Positions 45,111-55,115 of a DNA stretch of 64,000 nt are shown here, piece after piece. The position numbers and the translations under genes were made by a program. The notes under the pieces were generated by a model, which was given only the letters and a program-made list of their open reading frames with translations, did not search any database and had not been told where the DNA came from. Every line of letters begins with the position of its first letter. The stretch's first letter is position 1. The stretch is from Candidatus Oxydemutatoraceae bacterium (GTDB lineage: Bacteria > Pseudomonadota > Gammaproteobacteria > Poriferisulfidales > Oxydemutatoraceae), in the NCBI GenBank assembly GCA_965219575.1, contig OZ244779.1, forward strand, positions 2,124,769 to 2,188,768. The letters run 5' to 3'.

Positions 45111-46257
45111 ACCGTGTCCCACCTTTAATACGGTATGTAGAGGTAGAGATCTCGTAATTGATACGCATTAATATCGCTACGGCAAGAATCAACGCCATCA
45201 AACTACTACCACCGGCACTGACGAAGGGCAAAGTGATGCCTTTAGTCGGTAGACATCCTAGAACGACACCGGCGTTGATTAAAAACTGTACGAATATCCA
45301 TAGGCCGACACCGTAAGCATAAAAAGTATAAGTGAGAAACCCTCGCCGGTATGCTTTTTGTGCGATCAAAAAGCAACATCGGGTTAAAAAGCAAAACAAT
45401 AAAACCAAAAGACAAACACTGATAATGCCGAGTTCTTCGGCGATGACCGCCAATATAAAATCGGTATGCGCCTCGGGTAAATACGATAGTTTTTGTATAC
45501 TGTCACCCAGACCGACACCGAACCATCCGCCGTTTTTAATCGCAATCAGTGACTCTATCAGCTGATATCCGGCACCGAATCGATCCTGCCAAGGATCCAT
45601 AAAAACGAGTAGGCGCTGCATTCTATACGGCTCTATTATCATCAGCCCCGACAATGTGAGACCGCTTGCAAGTGCGGATACCGAGAAAGGTATCAAACGC
45701 ACCGGTGCCAAAAACAGCATGCCGAACATGATCGCGAGGATTACCACCGCAGTGCCGTAATCGGGTTGTATTACGAGTAATCCGGCAACGACGGTGCCCA
45801 CGGCCAAGGGCTTAACGAACTCCCAAGGGCTGGTCGGAATCCTCGTAAAATGACGTCCGATATAATCGGCAACGAAGATAATCATAAAAAGTTTTACGAA
45901 CTCGGAAGGTTGTACCGTGAAAAATTGAAAGTCCAACCAACGGTGGCTCCCGTTGACTTCTTTACCTACTACAGGAAGGAAGACTAGGAGGAGTAGGATA
46001 ATAGATACGAAGACTAGAGAGCCACCGCGGTTGAAAATCGTAGCGACCGGTACGAAACATATAATCGCAGCTAAAACCAGCGAAAATATGATGTAAGACA
46101 GTTTTTTGATCGTGTAATGGAACGCATCGTCGGCAACGAGTTCAAACGATGCGGATGCGACCATCACCACACCCAAACCCAGCAAGATTGCTATATACCA
46201 AAGCATGGATTTGTTATAGTCCACCCAAAAATCGTGTTTGATAGTTGCACTTGTCAT
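45100..46257 (-). CDS. ftsW: SEDS glycosyltransferase FtsW
   Basis: QPSEFVK, QPDYGT, YLPEAHTDFI, LPTKGITLPF; start trimmed to ATG 46257. Confidence 0.96.
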   Translation of the reverse strand: MTSATIKHDFWVDYNKSMLWYIAILLGLGVVMVASASFELVADDAFHYTIKKLSYIIFSLVLAAIICFVPVATIFNRGGSLVFVSIILLLLVFLPVVGKEVNGSHRWLDFQFFTVQPSEFVKLFMIIFVADYIGRHFTRIPTSPWEFVKPLAVGTVVAGLLVIQPDYGTAVVILAIMFGMLFLAPVRLIPFSVSALASGLTLSGLMIIEPYRMQRLLVFMDPWQDRFGAGYQLIESLIAIKNGGWFGVGLGDSIQKLSYLPEAHTDFILAVIAEELGIISVCLLVLLFCFLTRCCFLIAQKAYRRGFLTYTFYAYGVGLWIFVQFLINAGVVLGCLPTKGITLPFVSAGGSSLMALILAVAILMRINYEISTSTYRIKGGTRYGY

Positions 46258-46264
46258 ATTCTTA

Positions 46265-47635
46265 TCAAGATAGTTTTTTATACGCAGACCTGAAAGCGTC
46301 GCCGCGTTCTTTGTAATTGCGATACATATCCAAACTGGCGCACGCCGGCGACAGCAATACACAATCACCGGGGCGGGCGGTGTCGGCAGCACAAAGCACG
46401 GCTTGTGCCATATTCTCAACTCGCGTGTAGGGCACACGACCCTCCATCGCAACGGCGATCTGTTCGGCATCTTGTCCCAACAACACGGCAGCGCGCACCT
46501 TAGATTCGGCTAAATCGACGAGTAGCTCAAACTCTCCGCCCTTGCCGAGACCGCCGGCAATCAATACGACGGGTTTATCGATCGAACTTAGTGCTGCGCA
46601 AGTTGCCGAGACATTGGTCGCCTTAGAGTCGTCGTACCAATCTACACCGTTGCGACACCCGATGTGCTGCAAACGATGTGCCAAGCCATGAAAACCGCCG
46701 GCTGCCTTGCACATCGCATCGAACGGCAAACCCAGAGCATATCCCATGGCAAACATCGCCTGGGTATTCAACAAACCCACATCGCCCACCAATGCGATAT
46801 CGGATTCGGAAATTAATGTCTCGTCTCCGTAAGCAATATGTCTAATCCCTTCTTTTTCTATCACTCCGAAATGACCGACCGAGGGTCGATCGAGCCCGAA
46901 GCTCGGCTGTTTCACCGAGTCGTCTATGTCGTCTATTTGTGATGCGACATCTTCCTCTCTATTGACGACTATAGCCTTACTATTTCTATGGATGCGTAAT
47001 TTTGCATTGCGGTAATCGGCAAAAGATTCGTAGCGATCTAAATGGTCGGGCTTTATGTTCAAGATGACCGATACACTGGGGCGCAGACTATAAATCGTCT
47101 CCAGTTGAAAGCTGGATAGTTCCAAAACATAAAGTTCAACATCTTTGCGTCGTTCGAGTAAATCCAACGCCGGCATACTGCACGGATGCTCGCCGGCCAG
47201 ATTGCCACCGCTGGCAACATGAAGTCCTGCGCATTTTGCCGCATCCGTCAATAGCGAAGCAACGGTACTCTTGCCGTTGGTACCGGTAATCGCAGCGATC
47301 GGACACTGCGGTGCATAACGCGCAAACAATTCTATATCGCCGATAAATCGATCTCTTTTTGTATGTGCTTGTATCGCCGCCAGGGTTTTTAGAGAAACCC
47401 CGGGACTCACTACGACCTGTTCGGCTTGCTCGAGATAAGCCGCTTTTATATCACCCGTATAAACTTGTGTCTCGGGGGCAAATTTCAATAATGCCTCGTG
47501 TTGCGACGGATGTTCGTTATCGTCGGCAACCGCAAACGAAATACTGCGACGGTGCAGAAAACGCGCAACCGATAGCCCGGTCACACCCAAACCGATAATC
47601 AGAAATTGATACGCTTGTGCCATCGTTCGATACAT
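46265..47635 (-). CDS. murD: UDP-MurNAc-L-Ala--D-glutamate ligase
   Basis: TGTNGKST, ELSSFQLE, DHLDRY, DDSKATN, LLSPACAS. Confidence 0.97.
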   Translation of the reverse strand: MYRTMAQAYQFLIIGLGVTGLSVARFLHRRSISFAVADDNEHPSQHEALLKFAPETQVYTGDIKAAYLEQAEQVVVSPGVSLKTLAAIQAHTKRDRFIGDIELFARYAPQCPIAAITGTNGKSTVASLLTDAAKCAGLHVASGGNLAGEHPCSMPALDLLERRKDVELYVLELSSFQLETIYSLRPSVSVILNIKPDHLDRYESFADYRNAKLRIHRNSKAIVVNREEDVASQIDDIDDSVKQPSFGLDRPSVGHFGVIEKEGIRHIAYGDETLISESDIALVGDVGLLNTQAMFAMGYALGLPFDAMCKAAGGFHGLAHRLQHIGCRNGVDWYDDSKATNVSATCAALSSIDKPVVLIAGGLGKGGEFELLVDLAESKVRAAVLLGQDAEQIAVAMEGRVPYTRVENMAQAVLCAADTARPGDCVLLSPACASLDMYRNYKERGDAFRSAYKKLS

Positions 47636-47647
47636 CTTGTTTTCCGA

Positions 47648-48721
47648 CTACCTGATCTTCAGAGTTGCCAAGCCGACCAACACCAAAAGCAAAGTGATAA
47701 TCCAAAAACGCACTATCACGGTGGGTTCGGGCCAACCTTTCAATTCAAAATGATGGTGTAGCGGTGCCATACGAAAAATACGCTTGCCGGTTAAGCGATA
47801 CGATGCAACTTGTAAAATCACCGAAACGGCTTCGGCAACGAATATGCCACCCATAATAAGGAGCAAGAACTCCTGTCTGACCAGGATTGCGATAATCGCA
47901 AGTGCCGAACCCAGGGACAGTGCACCTACATCCCCCATGAAGACTTTTGCCGGATAGGTGTTGAACCATAGAAAGCCCAATGCAGTCCCTGCCAACGCAC
48001 CGCAAAATACCGTCAACTCGGCTGCTTGAGGTAAATAGGGAAAATTCAAATAATCGGCAAAATTGGTATGACCGCTAACATAAGCAAAGATACCCAAAGC
48101 CGAAGCGATTAAGGCAACGGGCAAAACCGCCAAACCGTCCAAACCGTCGCTTAAATTGACCGCATTGCTGGCACCGACGATGGTTAGATAGGCAAGCAGT
48201 ATAAACCATGCCCCTATATCTAAAACGATATCCTTGAAAAACGGGACTATCAGTTCTAATTCGGCAGGGTACTGGGCGCTGCTATACACCGTATACGCAA
48301 TGATAAAAGCGAGCAACGATTGCCATAAAAACTTAGTTTTTATCGACATGCCCTCACCATTCTTAATCTTAAAATAGTCGTCTATGCCACCCAAGATACC
48401 GAAAGCTAACATCGTTGCAAGGGCGATCGTCACATAATAATTCATGATATCCGCCCACAGCAAAGTAGAAAATACAATCGTGACGATAATCAATATACCG
48501 CCCATCGTCGGAGTGCCTTGCTTTTTATAGTGCGAGCGAGGACCTACTTCGCGTATGGTTTCGCCTATTTTCAAACGGCTTAGATAACGAATAACGCTCG
48601 GGCCGGCAATGGTGCTGACCAACAGTGCGGTAATCGCAGCAAAAACGGTGCGCAATGTGATGTATTGCAAAACATTAAAACCGCTGTGCAACTCCGATAA
48701 AAAATCCGATAAATGGTACAC
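47648..48721 (-). CDS. mraY: Phospho-N-acetylmuramoyl-pentapeptide transferase
   Basis: GTPTMGG, NLSDGLDGL, FMGDVG, MAPLHHHFE. Confidence 0.97.
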   Translation of the reverse strand: MYHLSDFLSELHSGFNVLQYITLRTVFAAITALLVSTIAGPSVIRYLSRLKIGETIREVGPRSHYKKQGTPTMGGILIIVTIVFSTLLWADIMNYYVTIALATMLAFGILGGIDDYFKIKNGEGMSIKTKFLWQSLLAFIIAYTVYSSAQYPAELELIVPFFKDIVLDIGAWFILLAYLTIVGASNAVNLSDGLDGLAVLPVALIASALGIFAYVSGHTNFADYLNFPYLPQAAELTVFCGALAGTALGFLWFNTYPAKVFMGDVGALSLGSALAIIAILVRQEFLLLIMGGIFVAEAVSVILQVASYRLTGKRIFRMAPLHHHFELKGWPEPTVIVRFWIITLLLVLVGLATLKIR

Positions 48722-48732
48722 GGTTGCCTCTG

Positions 48733-50079
48733 CTAAGAAACGGTTTCGTCGGTCGGCAGTAATGCCGCCACTAATCGATCCATTTTTGCGGAACGCGAAC
48801 CTTTAACCAACAAGTTCACCCCGGGCTTCAACTGCGCTCTGAGCCGTGGTATTAACGCGGCAATACTATCGAAGGACTCGCCCCCCTCACCGAAGCATTC
48901 AACCGCTATTCGGGCATCGTCTCCGACTGTAAAAAGACGGTTTACATCCATCGACTTCGCCCGCTTACCGGCGCGCGCATGCAGATCGGCGGATTCGTCG
49001 CCCAATTCCGCCATGCCACCTAATGCCAGCCAGTGTTCTCCCGGTGCTTGTTTGAGCACCTCAAGGGCTGCATCCAAAGAGGCCGGGTTTGCGTTGTAAC
49101 TATCGTCTATTAGGTGCGCGCCGTTTATGCCGCTGCGCGCCACCAAACGTCCGGGTATCGGGGAAACCGATTCTATACCGGCAACAATATCGTCGATACC
49201 GGCACCCGCGACATAGCTCGCCGCCGCCGCAGCCAATGCATTCGCTATATTATGCCGACCTAATAACTGCATGCGACAAGTGCGCGGCTTGCCTGCCAAA
49301 CTCAACTCTACGGTTGGTCCTCGATGCGCGAGCAGATGAAAATCGGCTTCGGAGGATAGACTGAATTCTACGGTGCGTCGTTTTTTGATTCGCCGCAACC
49401 AATACTCGTAATACGCATCGTCCTTGTTTAAGATCGCCGTACCCGATTCGCTCAAAGACTCGAATATCTCACCCTTTGCTTCGGCAACGCCGGCTAGACT
49501 GCCGAAACCACCTATATGCGCAGCGGAAGCATTGAGCAACAAAGCGATATCGGGTTGTGCGATGCCGCAGAGTTTACGGATTTCGCCGTGATGATTGGCC
49601 CCCATTTCTACGACTGCGGTATCGTGTTGCGCTCTTATGGACAACACGGTCAACGGCACACCGATATGATTATTAAAATTACCGGGCGTTGCAACAACCT
49701 GCCGACAACGGCGTAAAATACTTGCAATAATTTCTTTGGTCGTCGTCTTGCCGTTGCTACCGGTCAATGCCAAAATCGTAATCTTAAGGCGACGACACCA
49801 CTGTGCCGCTAACTCGCTCAGGGCTTGTAGTGTATCGGATACGCGTATTTGTGCCAAAGGCGAGGTGATCGCTTCGGAGACCATCACCGCAACTGCCCCC
49901 GATGCCGCTGCCGTTTCTACGAAATCATGGCCGTCAAACCGTTCGCCTTTGATTGCCACGAATAAATCTCCCGGCTTGGTCGTACGGCTGTCAATGCTGA
50001 TACCTGCTATCGGTATATCGGCACCGTTTATCGTGCCTTTCGCCATCTCGGCAATCTCGTGCAGACTCAACCATGTCAT
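48733..50079 (-). CDS. murF: UDP-MurNAc-tripeptide--D-Ala-D-Ala ligase
   Basis: TGSNGKTTTKE, NNHIGVP, DDSYNANP, KGSRS. Confidence 0.97.
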   Translation of the reverse strand: MTWLSLHEIAEMAKGTINGADIPIAGISIDSRTTKPGDLFVAIKGERFDGHDFVETAAASGAVAVMVSEAITSPLAQIRVSDTLQALSELAAQWCRRLKITILALTGSNGKTTTKEIIASILRRCRQVVATPGNFNNHIGVPLTVLSIRAQHDTAVVEMGANHHGEIRKLCGIAQPDIALLLNASAAHIGGFGSLAGVAEAKGEIFESLSESGTAILNKDDAYYEYWLRRIKKRRTVEFSLSSEADFHLLAHRGPTVELSLAGKPRTCRMQLLGRHNIANALAAAAASYVAGAGIDDIVAGIESVSPIPGRLVARSGINGAHLIDDSYNANPASLDAALEVLKQAPGEHWLALGGMAELGDESADLHARAGKRAKSMDVNRLFTVGDDARIAVECFGEGGESFDSIAALIPRLRAQLKPGVNLLVKGSRSAKMDRLVAALLPTDETVS

Positions 50080-51545
50080 CGGTAGTCCTCGAGTGCTTTT
50101 AGTATGAAATCGGCATCGTTAAACGGTTTTTTCACGCCCTTGACAATTTGATAACGCTCGTGTCCCTTGCCGGCGACTAAAACCACATCGTCCGGCAACG
50201 CTTCTTTGATTGCTTTGTTTATCGCCTGTGCACGATCGTGTATCACACAGTATGCTCGGGTTTTCGTCATACCTTTTAGAATGTCGCTGCAGATTAGTTC
50301 GGGATCTTCGGCTCTGGGATTATCGTCGCAAATTATTACGCGATCTGCATAGCGTTGTGCTATTTCTCCCATCAACGGACGTTTGCTTGCGTCTCGTTCA
50401 CCGCCGCATCCGAATACGCAAACGAGATCGGCGGTAGCGTAATCCCTGCACGATGTTAAAACCTGTTTCAACGCTTGTGGCGTATGCGCATAGTCTAAAA
50501 ATACCTTCGGTACATCACCGCCGCCGAAACGTTGCATACGGCCGTCTAGCGGATGAATCTCGGATAGCCGCTCGACTGCGTCGTCCAATTGAAACCCGTG
50601 GTTGATTAGCACCAATAAAGTTGCCAAGAGGTTGTAGATATTAAAGTTGCCGAACACACGGGTTTCTATATCCATCACCTTGCCTAAAAGAGAAACACGC
50701 AAAGCAAGACCCTGTTCGCGGTTCTCGGCTTTGATCAAATAAGCGGCCGTCATAGAAGATCGTTTTGAGTAACTCAAAACCGTCACTTTTTTGTGGCACG
50801 CATTGATCATCGGTTCGGCGTATTTGTCGTCGGCATTGATTACCGCCGTCTTTAGGCTGTCGTACTCGAAGAGCTTGCGTTTCGCAAGCATATACTCGGT
50901 GAGTGAGCCGTGATAATCCAAATGGTCGTGACCTAGATTGGTGAACACTGCGGTATCTACCGTTAAACCGTTCAATCTTCCTTGTGCCAAACCGTGCGAA
51001 GAAGCCTCGACCACAACCTTGTCTATATTGCGCTGTTTTAATTCGCTGATGATTTTATGGGTAATCAAGGCATCGGGTGTGGTATGGGTGGCTGTCTGCA
51101 AATCTCCGAAACAACCATGACCTAGTGTTCCTATCAAACCGCACGGTTTGCCGGCAACCGATAAACACTCGGCAATATAATGACTCACCGAAGATTTACC
51201 GTCGGTGCCGGTCACTGCGATAACCTCCATCGTATCGGAAGGGCAATCGTAGAAGCGGCTGGCAATCAAGCCCATGTTCTCGCGCAGATTCGGTATTCTA
51301 ATCATCGGCACAGTAGACGGATAAATCGAGTTTTCACCACCGTCCCAAACAACCGCTTTGGCACCGCGTGCTATCACATCGGAGAGGAAATTCAAGCCGT
51401 GTTCGTGTTTTCCTTCCAACGCCATATATAAATCACCCCGCTGAACGTTTTCGCTATGGTTCGCTACGCCGGTTACTTCTACATCGTCTATATCTTTTAT
51501 CTGCACCAGATCCTCCGTCAACACCGATAATCTACATCTCTTCAT
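50076..51545 (-). CDS. murE: UDP-MurNAc-dipeptide--meso-DAP ligase
   Basis: TGTDGKS, EASSHGL, DYAHTP, DNPR (DAP-type), AGKGHE. Confidence 0.97.
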   Translation of the reverse strand: MKRCRLSVLTEDLVQIKDIDDVEVTGVANHSENVQRGDLYMALEGKHEHGLNFLSDVIARGAKAVVWDGGENSIYPSTVPMIRIPNLRENMGLIASRFYDCPSDTMEVIAVTGTDGKSSVSHYIAECLSVAGKPCGLIGTLGHGCFGDLQTATHTTPDALITHKIISELKQRNIDKVVVEASSHGLAQGRLNGLTVDTAVFTNLGHDHLDYHGSLTEYMLAKRKLFEYDSLKTAVINADDKYAEPMINACHKKVTVLSYSKRSSMTAAYLIKAENREQGLALRVSLLGKVMDIETRVFGNFNIYNLLATLLVLINHGFQLDDAVERLSEIHPLDGRMQRFGGGDVPKVFLDYAHTPQALKQVLTSCRDYATADLVCVFGCGGERDASKRPLMGEIAQRYADRVIICDDNPRAEDPELICSDILKGMTKTRAYCVIHDRAQAINKAIKEALPDDVVLVAGKGHERYQIVKGVKKPFNDADFILKALEDYR

Positions 51546-53287
51546 CAATTGACATGCTCGGTGGACAACACGGTATTCGAAAGATTTGAGTCCGGTAATT
51601 CGTCGTAGTTGAAATTCATAAAACGCAAAGTTGCCGACATGACTTCCGAGAATACCGGTGCTGCCACCTTGCCTCCGTAGTATTCGTCTCCACGCGGCTT
51701 ATCTATCACCACCACACAAACAAAATTGGGTTGCCGTAGCGGCGCAAAGCCTGCGAACACCGAAGTGTACTCGTTATCTTCACCCCTATCGTCAACCGAC
51801 TTTCTAGTCGTGCCGGTTTTACCTGCGGTCGTAAAACCTTTGACCTTGGCAAGGCTACCGGTGCCTTCCTTCGATATTACTCTATGCAACATTTTTCTAA
51901 TAGATCTTGCGGTTTCGGGATCGAAGACTTGCTGCTTTCTGAAATAAGGGTTGTCTTTTAGAAAGGTCGGATTAGGTCGCCAGCCGTCGTTGGCAAAGGT
52001 GGTATAAGCCATTGCAAGTTGCAACAGCGAGACCGACACGCCGTAACCGTACGACATCACGGCATGATCCGTAGGGCTCCACCTCTCGTGATATCTCAGC
52101 TCACCTATGACCTCTCCGGGAAAAACCGTGCCGGGTGTCTCTCCGAAGCCGACACCGGATAAATAAGTCCACAACACTTCACGCGGCACCGTCTGCGCAA
52201 TTTTGCTAATCGCCACATTGCTGGATTTAACTATCACGCCGGTCATATCGAGCTTACCGTAATTTCTTATATCCTTTATTTGTTTGCCACCACTCAGCCG
52301 ATAATAACCCGGTGTCGTGTCTATTACCGTGTTCTCTTGCAAATAGCCGCCGTCTATCGCTGCCGCCATGATAATCGGTTTCATCGTAGAACCGAGTTCG
52401 AAGGTGTCGGTCACCAATCGGTTGCGATGTCTATCGGCAAAATTATATCTGCGATCGTTGGGATTGAACGAAGGATAATTGACGGCGACGATAATCTCGC
52501 CGGTTTGTGCATCGACTACGACAACCGAACCCGATTCCGCCCTGTGCTTCGCAATCGCACTCCGCAATGCACGATACGCGTAATATTGAATACGCTGATC
52601 TAGGCTCAGTGTCAAAGTCTCCCCGTTTTTAGGGGCTTTGATTAGCCTGATATCGCGTACCGTACGCCTGTTTGCATCTATCATGATCTGCTTTAGTCCC
52701 GGGGTCGCTCGCAGATGCTCGTCGGTATGCATCTCTATACCCTCTATGCCCTTGCCGTCGACATCGGTTAAGCCGATAATGTGCGCGGTGATCTCACCGG
52801 ACGGATAAAAACGTTTATAAACTTGATCCAAATGAAGCCCGTCTATCTCTAGAGTTCTTAGAGTATCCGCCATCTGCGGTTTGATGTGCCGCTCGATGTA
52901 TAGAAACCGTTTGTCTTTCGCCGCCGCAACTTTTGCTCGCAATTCGCCGCTATCTATTTCCATCGCCTCGGCTATCGTCGCGATGTGTTTATCGTCAAAC
53001 CCTAAGGGGTCTATCCATGTCGAATAAACCGGCGCGCTGACCGCAAGTAAGGTGCCGTTGCGATCGGTGATGGAACCATGATAGGCAGGTATTTCTTTGG
53101 TGCGTAAATAGCGTACATTGTCTTTGCTCTCTAATTCGAGACGCAGGTCGTACTGCCAATATATTGCGCGTCCGATCAACCCCAACGATGCGATGAAAAA
53201 CAATGTCATCAGAAACATATATCTATAATAATTATTAAACTCAAACGGTTCCTTGCGTCTTAAGTGCTTAGCGTTTGTATATTTCAT
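51545..53287 (-). CDS. ftsI: Penicillin-binding protein 3
   Basis: STMK (SxxK), SSN, KTG motifs; position. Confidence 0.96.
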   Translation of the reverse strand: MKYTNAKHLRRKEPFEFNNYYRYMFLMTLFFIASLGLIGRAIYWQYDLRLELESKDNVRYLRTKEIPAYHGSITDRNGTLLAVSAPVYSTWIDPLGFDDKHIATIAEAMEIDSGELRAKVAAAKDKRFLYIERHIKPQMADTLRTLEIDGLHLDQVYKRFYPSGEITAHIIGLTDVDGKGIEGIEMHTDEHLRATPGLKQIMIDANRRTVRDIRLIKAPKNGETLTLSLDQRIQYYAYRALRSAIAKHRAESGSVVVVDAQTGEIIVAVNYPSFNPNDRRYNFADRHRNRLVTDTFELGSTMKPIIMAAAIDGGYLQENTVIDTTPGYYRLSGGKQIKDIRNYGKLDMTGVIVKSSNVAISKIAQTVPREVLWTYLSGVGFGETPGTVFPGEVIGELRYHERWSPTDHAVMSYGYGVSVSLLQLAMAYTTFANDGWRPNPTFLKDNPYFRKQQVFDPETARSIRKMLHRVISKEGTGSLAKVKGFTTAGKTGTTRKSVDDRGEDNEYTSVFAGFAPLRQPNFVCVVVIDKPRGDEYYGGKVAAPVFSEVMSATLRFMNFNYDELPDSNLSNTVLSTEHVN

Positions 53288-53556
53288 CGCACAATAATCG
53301 GGATTTCTTTATACGGATAAATCATCTCGAGTTCAGCCACCGACTTTTCTACATAGCCGGGCATGCGGAGAGTGCTGTTCTCGGCTTGCAGCCGGCTCCA
53401 TTCCGATTCCAGAATATCTCGTTCTCGCTGTAACAACTCGGATTCTACGAAAGCTATGCGATTATGATTTTTAACGGTCACGACCGCAAGTGCGGATAAA
53501 AATATCCCTATGACTAGAAATACGATGATTGCTCTGTCGTTGTACAATCCGGTCAT
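53284..53556 (-). CDS. ftsL: Cell division protein FtsL
   Basis: TM helix plus coiled coil (EWSRLQAE); between rsmH and ftsI. Confidence 0.9.
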   Translation of the reverse strand: MTGLYNDRAIIVFLVIGIFLSALAVVTVKNHNRIAFVESELLQRERDILESEWSRLQAENSTLRMPGYVEKSVAELEMIYPYKEIPIIVR

Positions 53557-54461
53557 AACTTCTCCGCAACTCTGAGACGCGCGCTACGCGCACGCGGATT
53601 TCTTTTGATCTCCTCGTCGGTGGGTCTGATTAGGTGATTGATTTTTTTAAGTTTTATAGTCTCTGTGTAGTTTTCCGGATGCGGTAGACCGCGCACCGTT
53701 GCCGGTGCCTGACTATGTTTTTTAATAAATTGTTTGACGATGCGGTCTTCCAAAGAATGAAATGCAATGACTGCAAGCCGACCGCCGCTGTGTAGCAAAT
53801 CCAAAACACTATCGAGTGCTTTCGATAAATCTTCAAGTTCTTGATTGATAAAAAGACGTATTGCAAGAAAGGTGCAGGTGGCTGGATGATGATTTCTTCC
53901 AGCCGAACCTGCAATTGTCCGAACTAATTGTTTAGTGGTCAGGAGGGGGAGACCACCGACGATTGCTCGGGCAAATCTTTTAGCATGAGGTTCCTCTCCG
54001 TAAAATCTTAATACATACTCTATTTCTTCTACGCTCGCTTGATTCAACCATTGTGCTGCAGTAATACCTTTAGAAGTATCCATCCGCATATCAAGCGGTC
54101 CGTCTAAGTCGAAGCTAAATCCCCTCTCTCCTGTATTTAATTGATAAGATGATACACCTAAATCAAAAAAAATTCCACTAATTTTATTCTTAATATTCAA
54201 TTTTTTTAATAATTGCCCTAAATTCGCATTAGATTCTCTTCTGAATTCAAAACGTTCGTCAGCCATCCAGTGCGATTTTGCATGCTTTTCGGCCTCCAAA
54301 TCCTTATCGTAAGCGAAAAGTCTGCCCTTATCGCTCAAACGGGCTAATACTGCGGCACTATGCCCGCCTCGTCCATAAGTTGCATCTATATACCAACCAT
54401 CTTTGTCTATATTCATGGCTTCCAACAACTCTTTCAACATCACCGGTTCGTGTTCCTTCAT
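53553..54461 (-). CDS. rsmH: 16S rRNA m4C1402 methyltransferase
   Basis: DATYGRGGHS, DLGVSS, GPLDMRMD, FHSLEDRIVK, NPRARSA. Confidence 0.97.
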   Translation of the reverse strand: MKEHEPVMLKELLEAMNIDKDGWYIDATYGRGGHSAAVLARLSDKGRLFAYDKDLEAEKHAKSHWMADERFEFRRESNANLGQLLKKLNIKNKISGIFFDLGVSSYQLNTGERGFSFDLDGPLDMRMDTSKGITAAQWLNQASVEEIEYVLRFYGEEPHAKRFARAIVGGLPLLTTKQLVRTIAGSAGRNHHPATCTFLAIRLFINQELEDLSKALDSVLDLLHSGGRLAVIAFHSLEDRIVKQFIKKHSQAPATVRGLPHPENYTETIKLKKINHLIRPTDEEIKRNPRARSARLRVAEKL

Positions 54462-54469
54462 TGCATTAG

Positions 54470-54928
54470 CTAAAAACGAAAATCCTTGAGTTTCGAATCC
54501 GCATCCTCGGTATCTATCTCTTTCATCTGTCCTTCCCTATATTCATCCCAGATCTTTTGATCCCATAACTCAAACCTGTTTATTACACCGAGCAACACAC
54601 ACGACTTTTTAATTCTCATATCCTTACGCAAAGAGGGAGATAATAAAATACGTCCATTATTATCGGGCTTACATTCGGTGGCATGACTCAACATCATACG
54701 CTGCACATAGCCTTCTTTCCCGACTGACGGCAATTTTTGCAGCCGCTTTTCAACCGTTATCCAATCAGGCTTTGGGTAGATTAATATAGAACATTGGATT
54801 GCACTCGCAGTCACAACTAGATTGCTATTACACTTTTGTAATTCATGCCGATATTTGGAAGGGATGCCGATACGACCTTTAGTATCGACCGTGACATTAT
54901 TGACGCCCCCCAATTTTGTTTCGGACAT
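54470..54928 (-). CDS. mraZ: Transcriptional regulator MraZ
   Basis: DTKGRIGIP and DNNGRI (DXXGR) motifs, FELWD; start trimmed to ATG 54928. Confidence 0.93.
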   Translation of the reverse strand: MSETKLGGVNNVTVDTKGRIGIPSKYRHELQKCNSNLVVTASAIQCSILIYPKPDWITVEKRLQKLPSVGKEGYVQRMMLSHATECKPDNNGRILLSPSLRKDMRIKKSCVLLGVINRFELWDQKIWDEYREGQMKEIDTEDADSKLKDFRF

Positions 54929-54978
54929 AGTAAATATCCCTCCCGGTACTAAATAAACTCTTGTTAAGGGGTAACATA

Positions 54979-55012
54979 CCACAAAAAACTACTTTTCACC
55001 ACAAAAAACTAC
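54979..55012 (-). promoter_or_regulatory. Probable MraZ operator
   Basis: Four GTGG/GTAG boxes on the minus strand at exact 10-bp spacing (plus-strand CCAC 54979, CTAC 54989, CCAC 54999, CTAC 55009) upstream of mraZ, as known for MraZ binding repeats. Confidence 0.7.
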
Positions 55013-55115
55013 TCTTTGTGTAAGCGCAAAGTAGTAATGTCACCTTTCGCCAAAGTAGAAATGTCACCTTTAGGGGACAATAAAGCATTTTTAACCCAGC
55101 TTAGGAGAAGATGCA

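Noticed and set aside
38790-46470. Apparent N-terminal extensions of FtsA, Ddl, MurB and FtsW (also MoeB, L6, L14, L22 and MraZ elsewhere)
   Set aside because: Artefacts of longest-ORF calling; downstream starts overlapping or abutting the previous stop give normal lengths.
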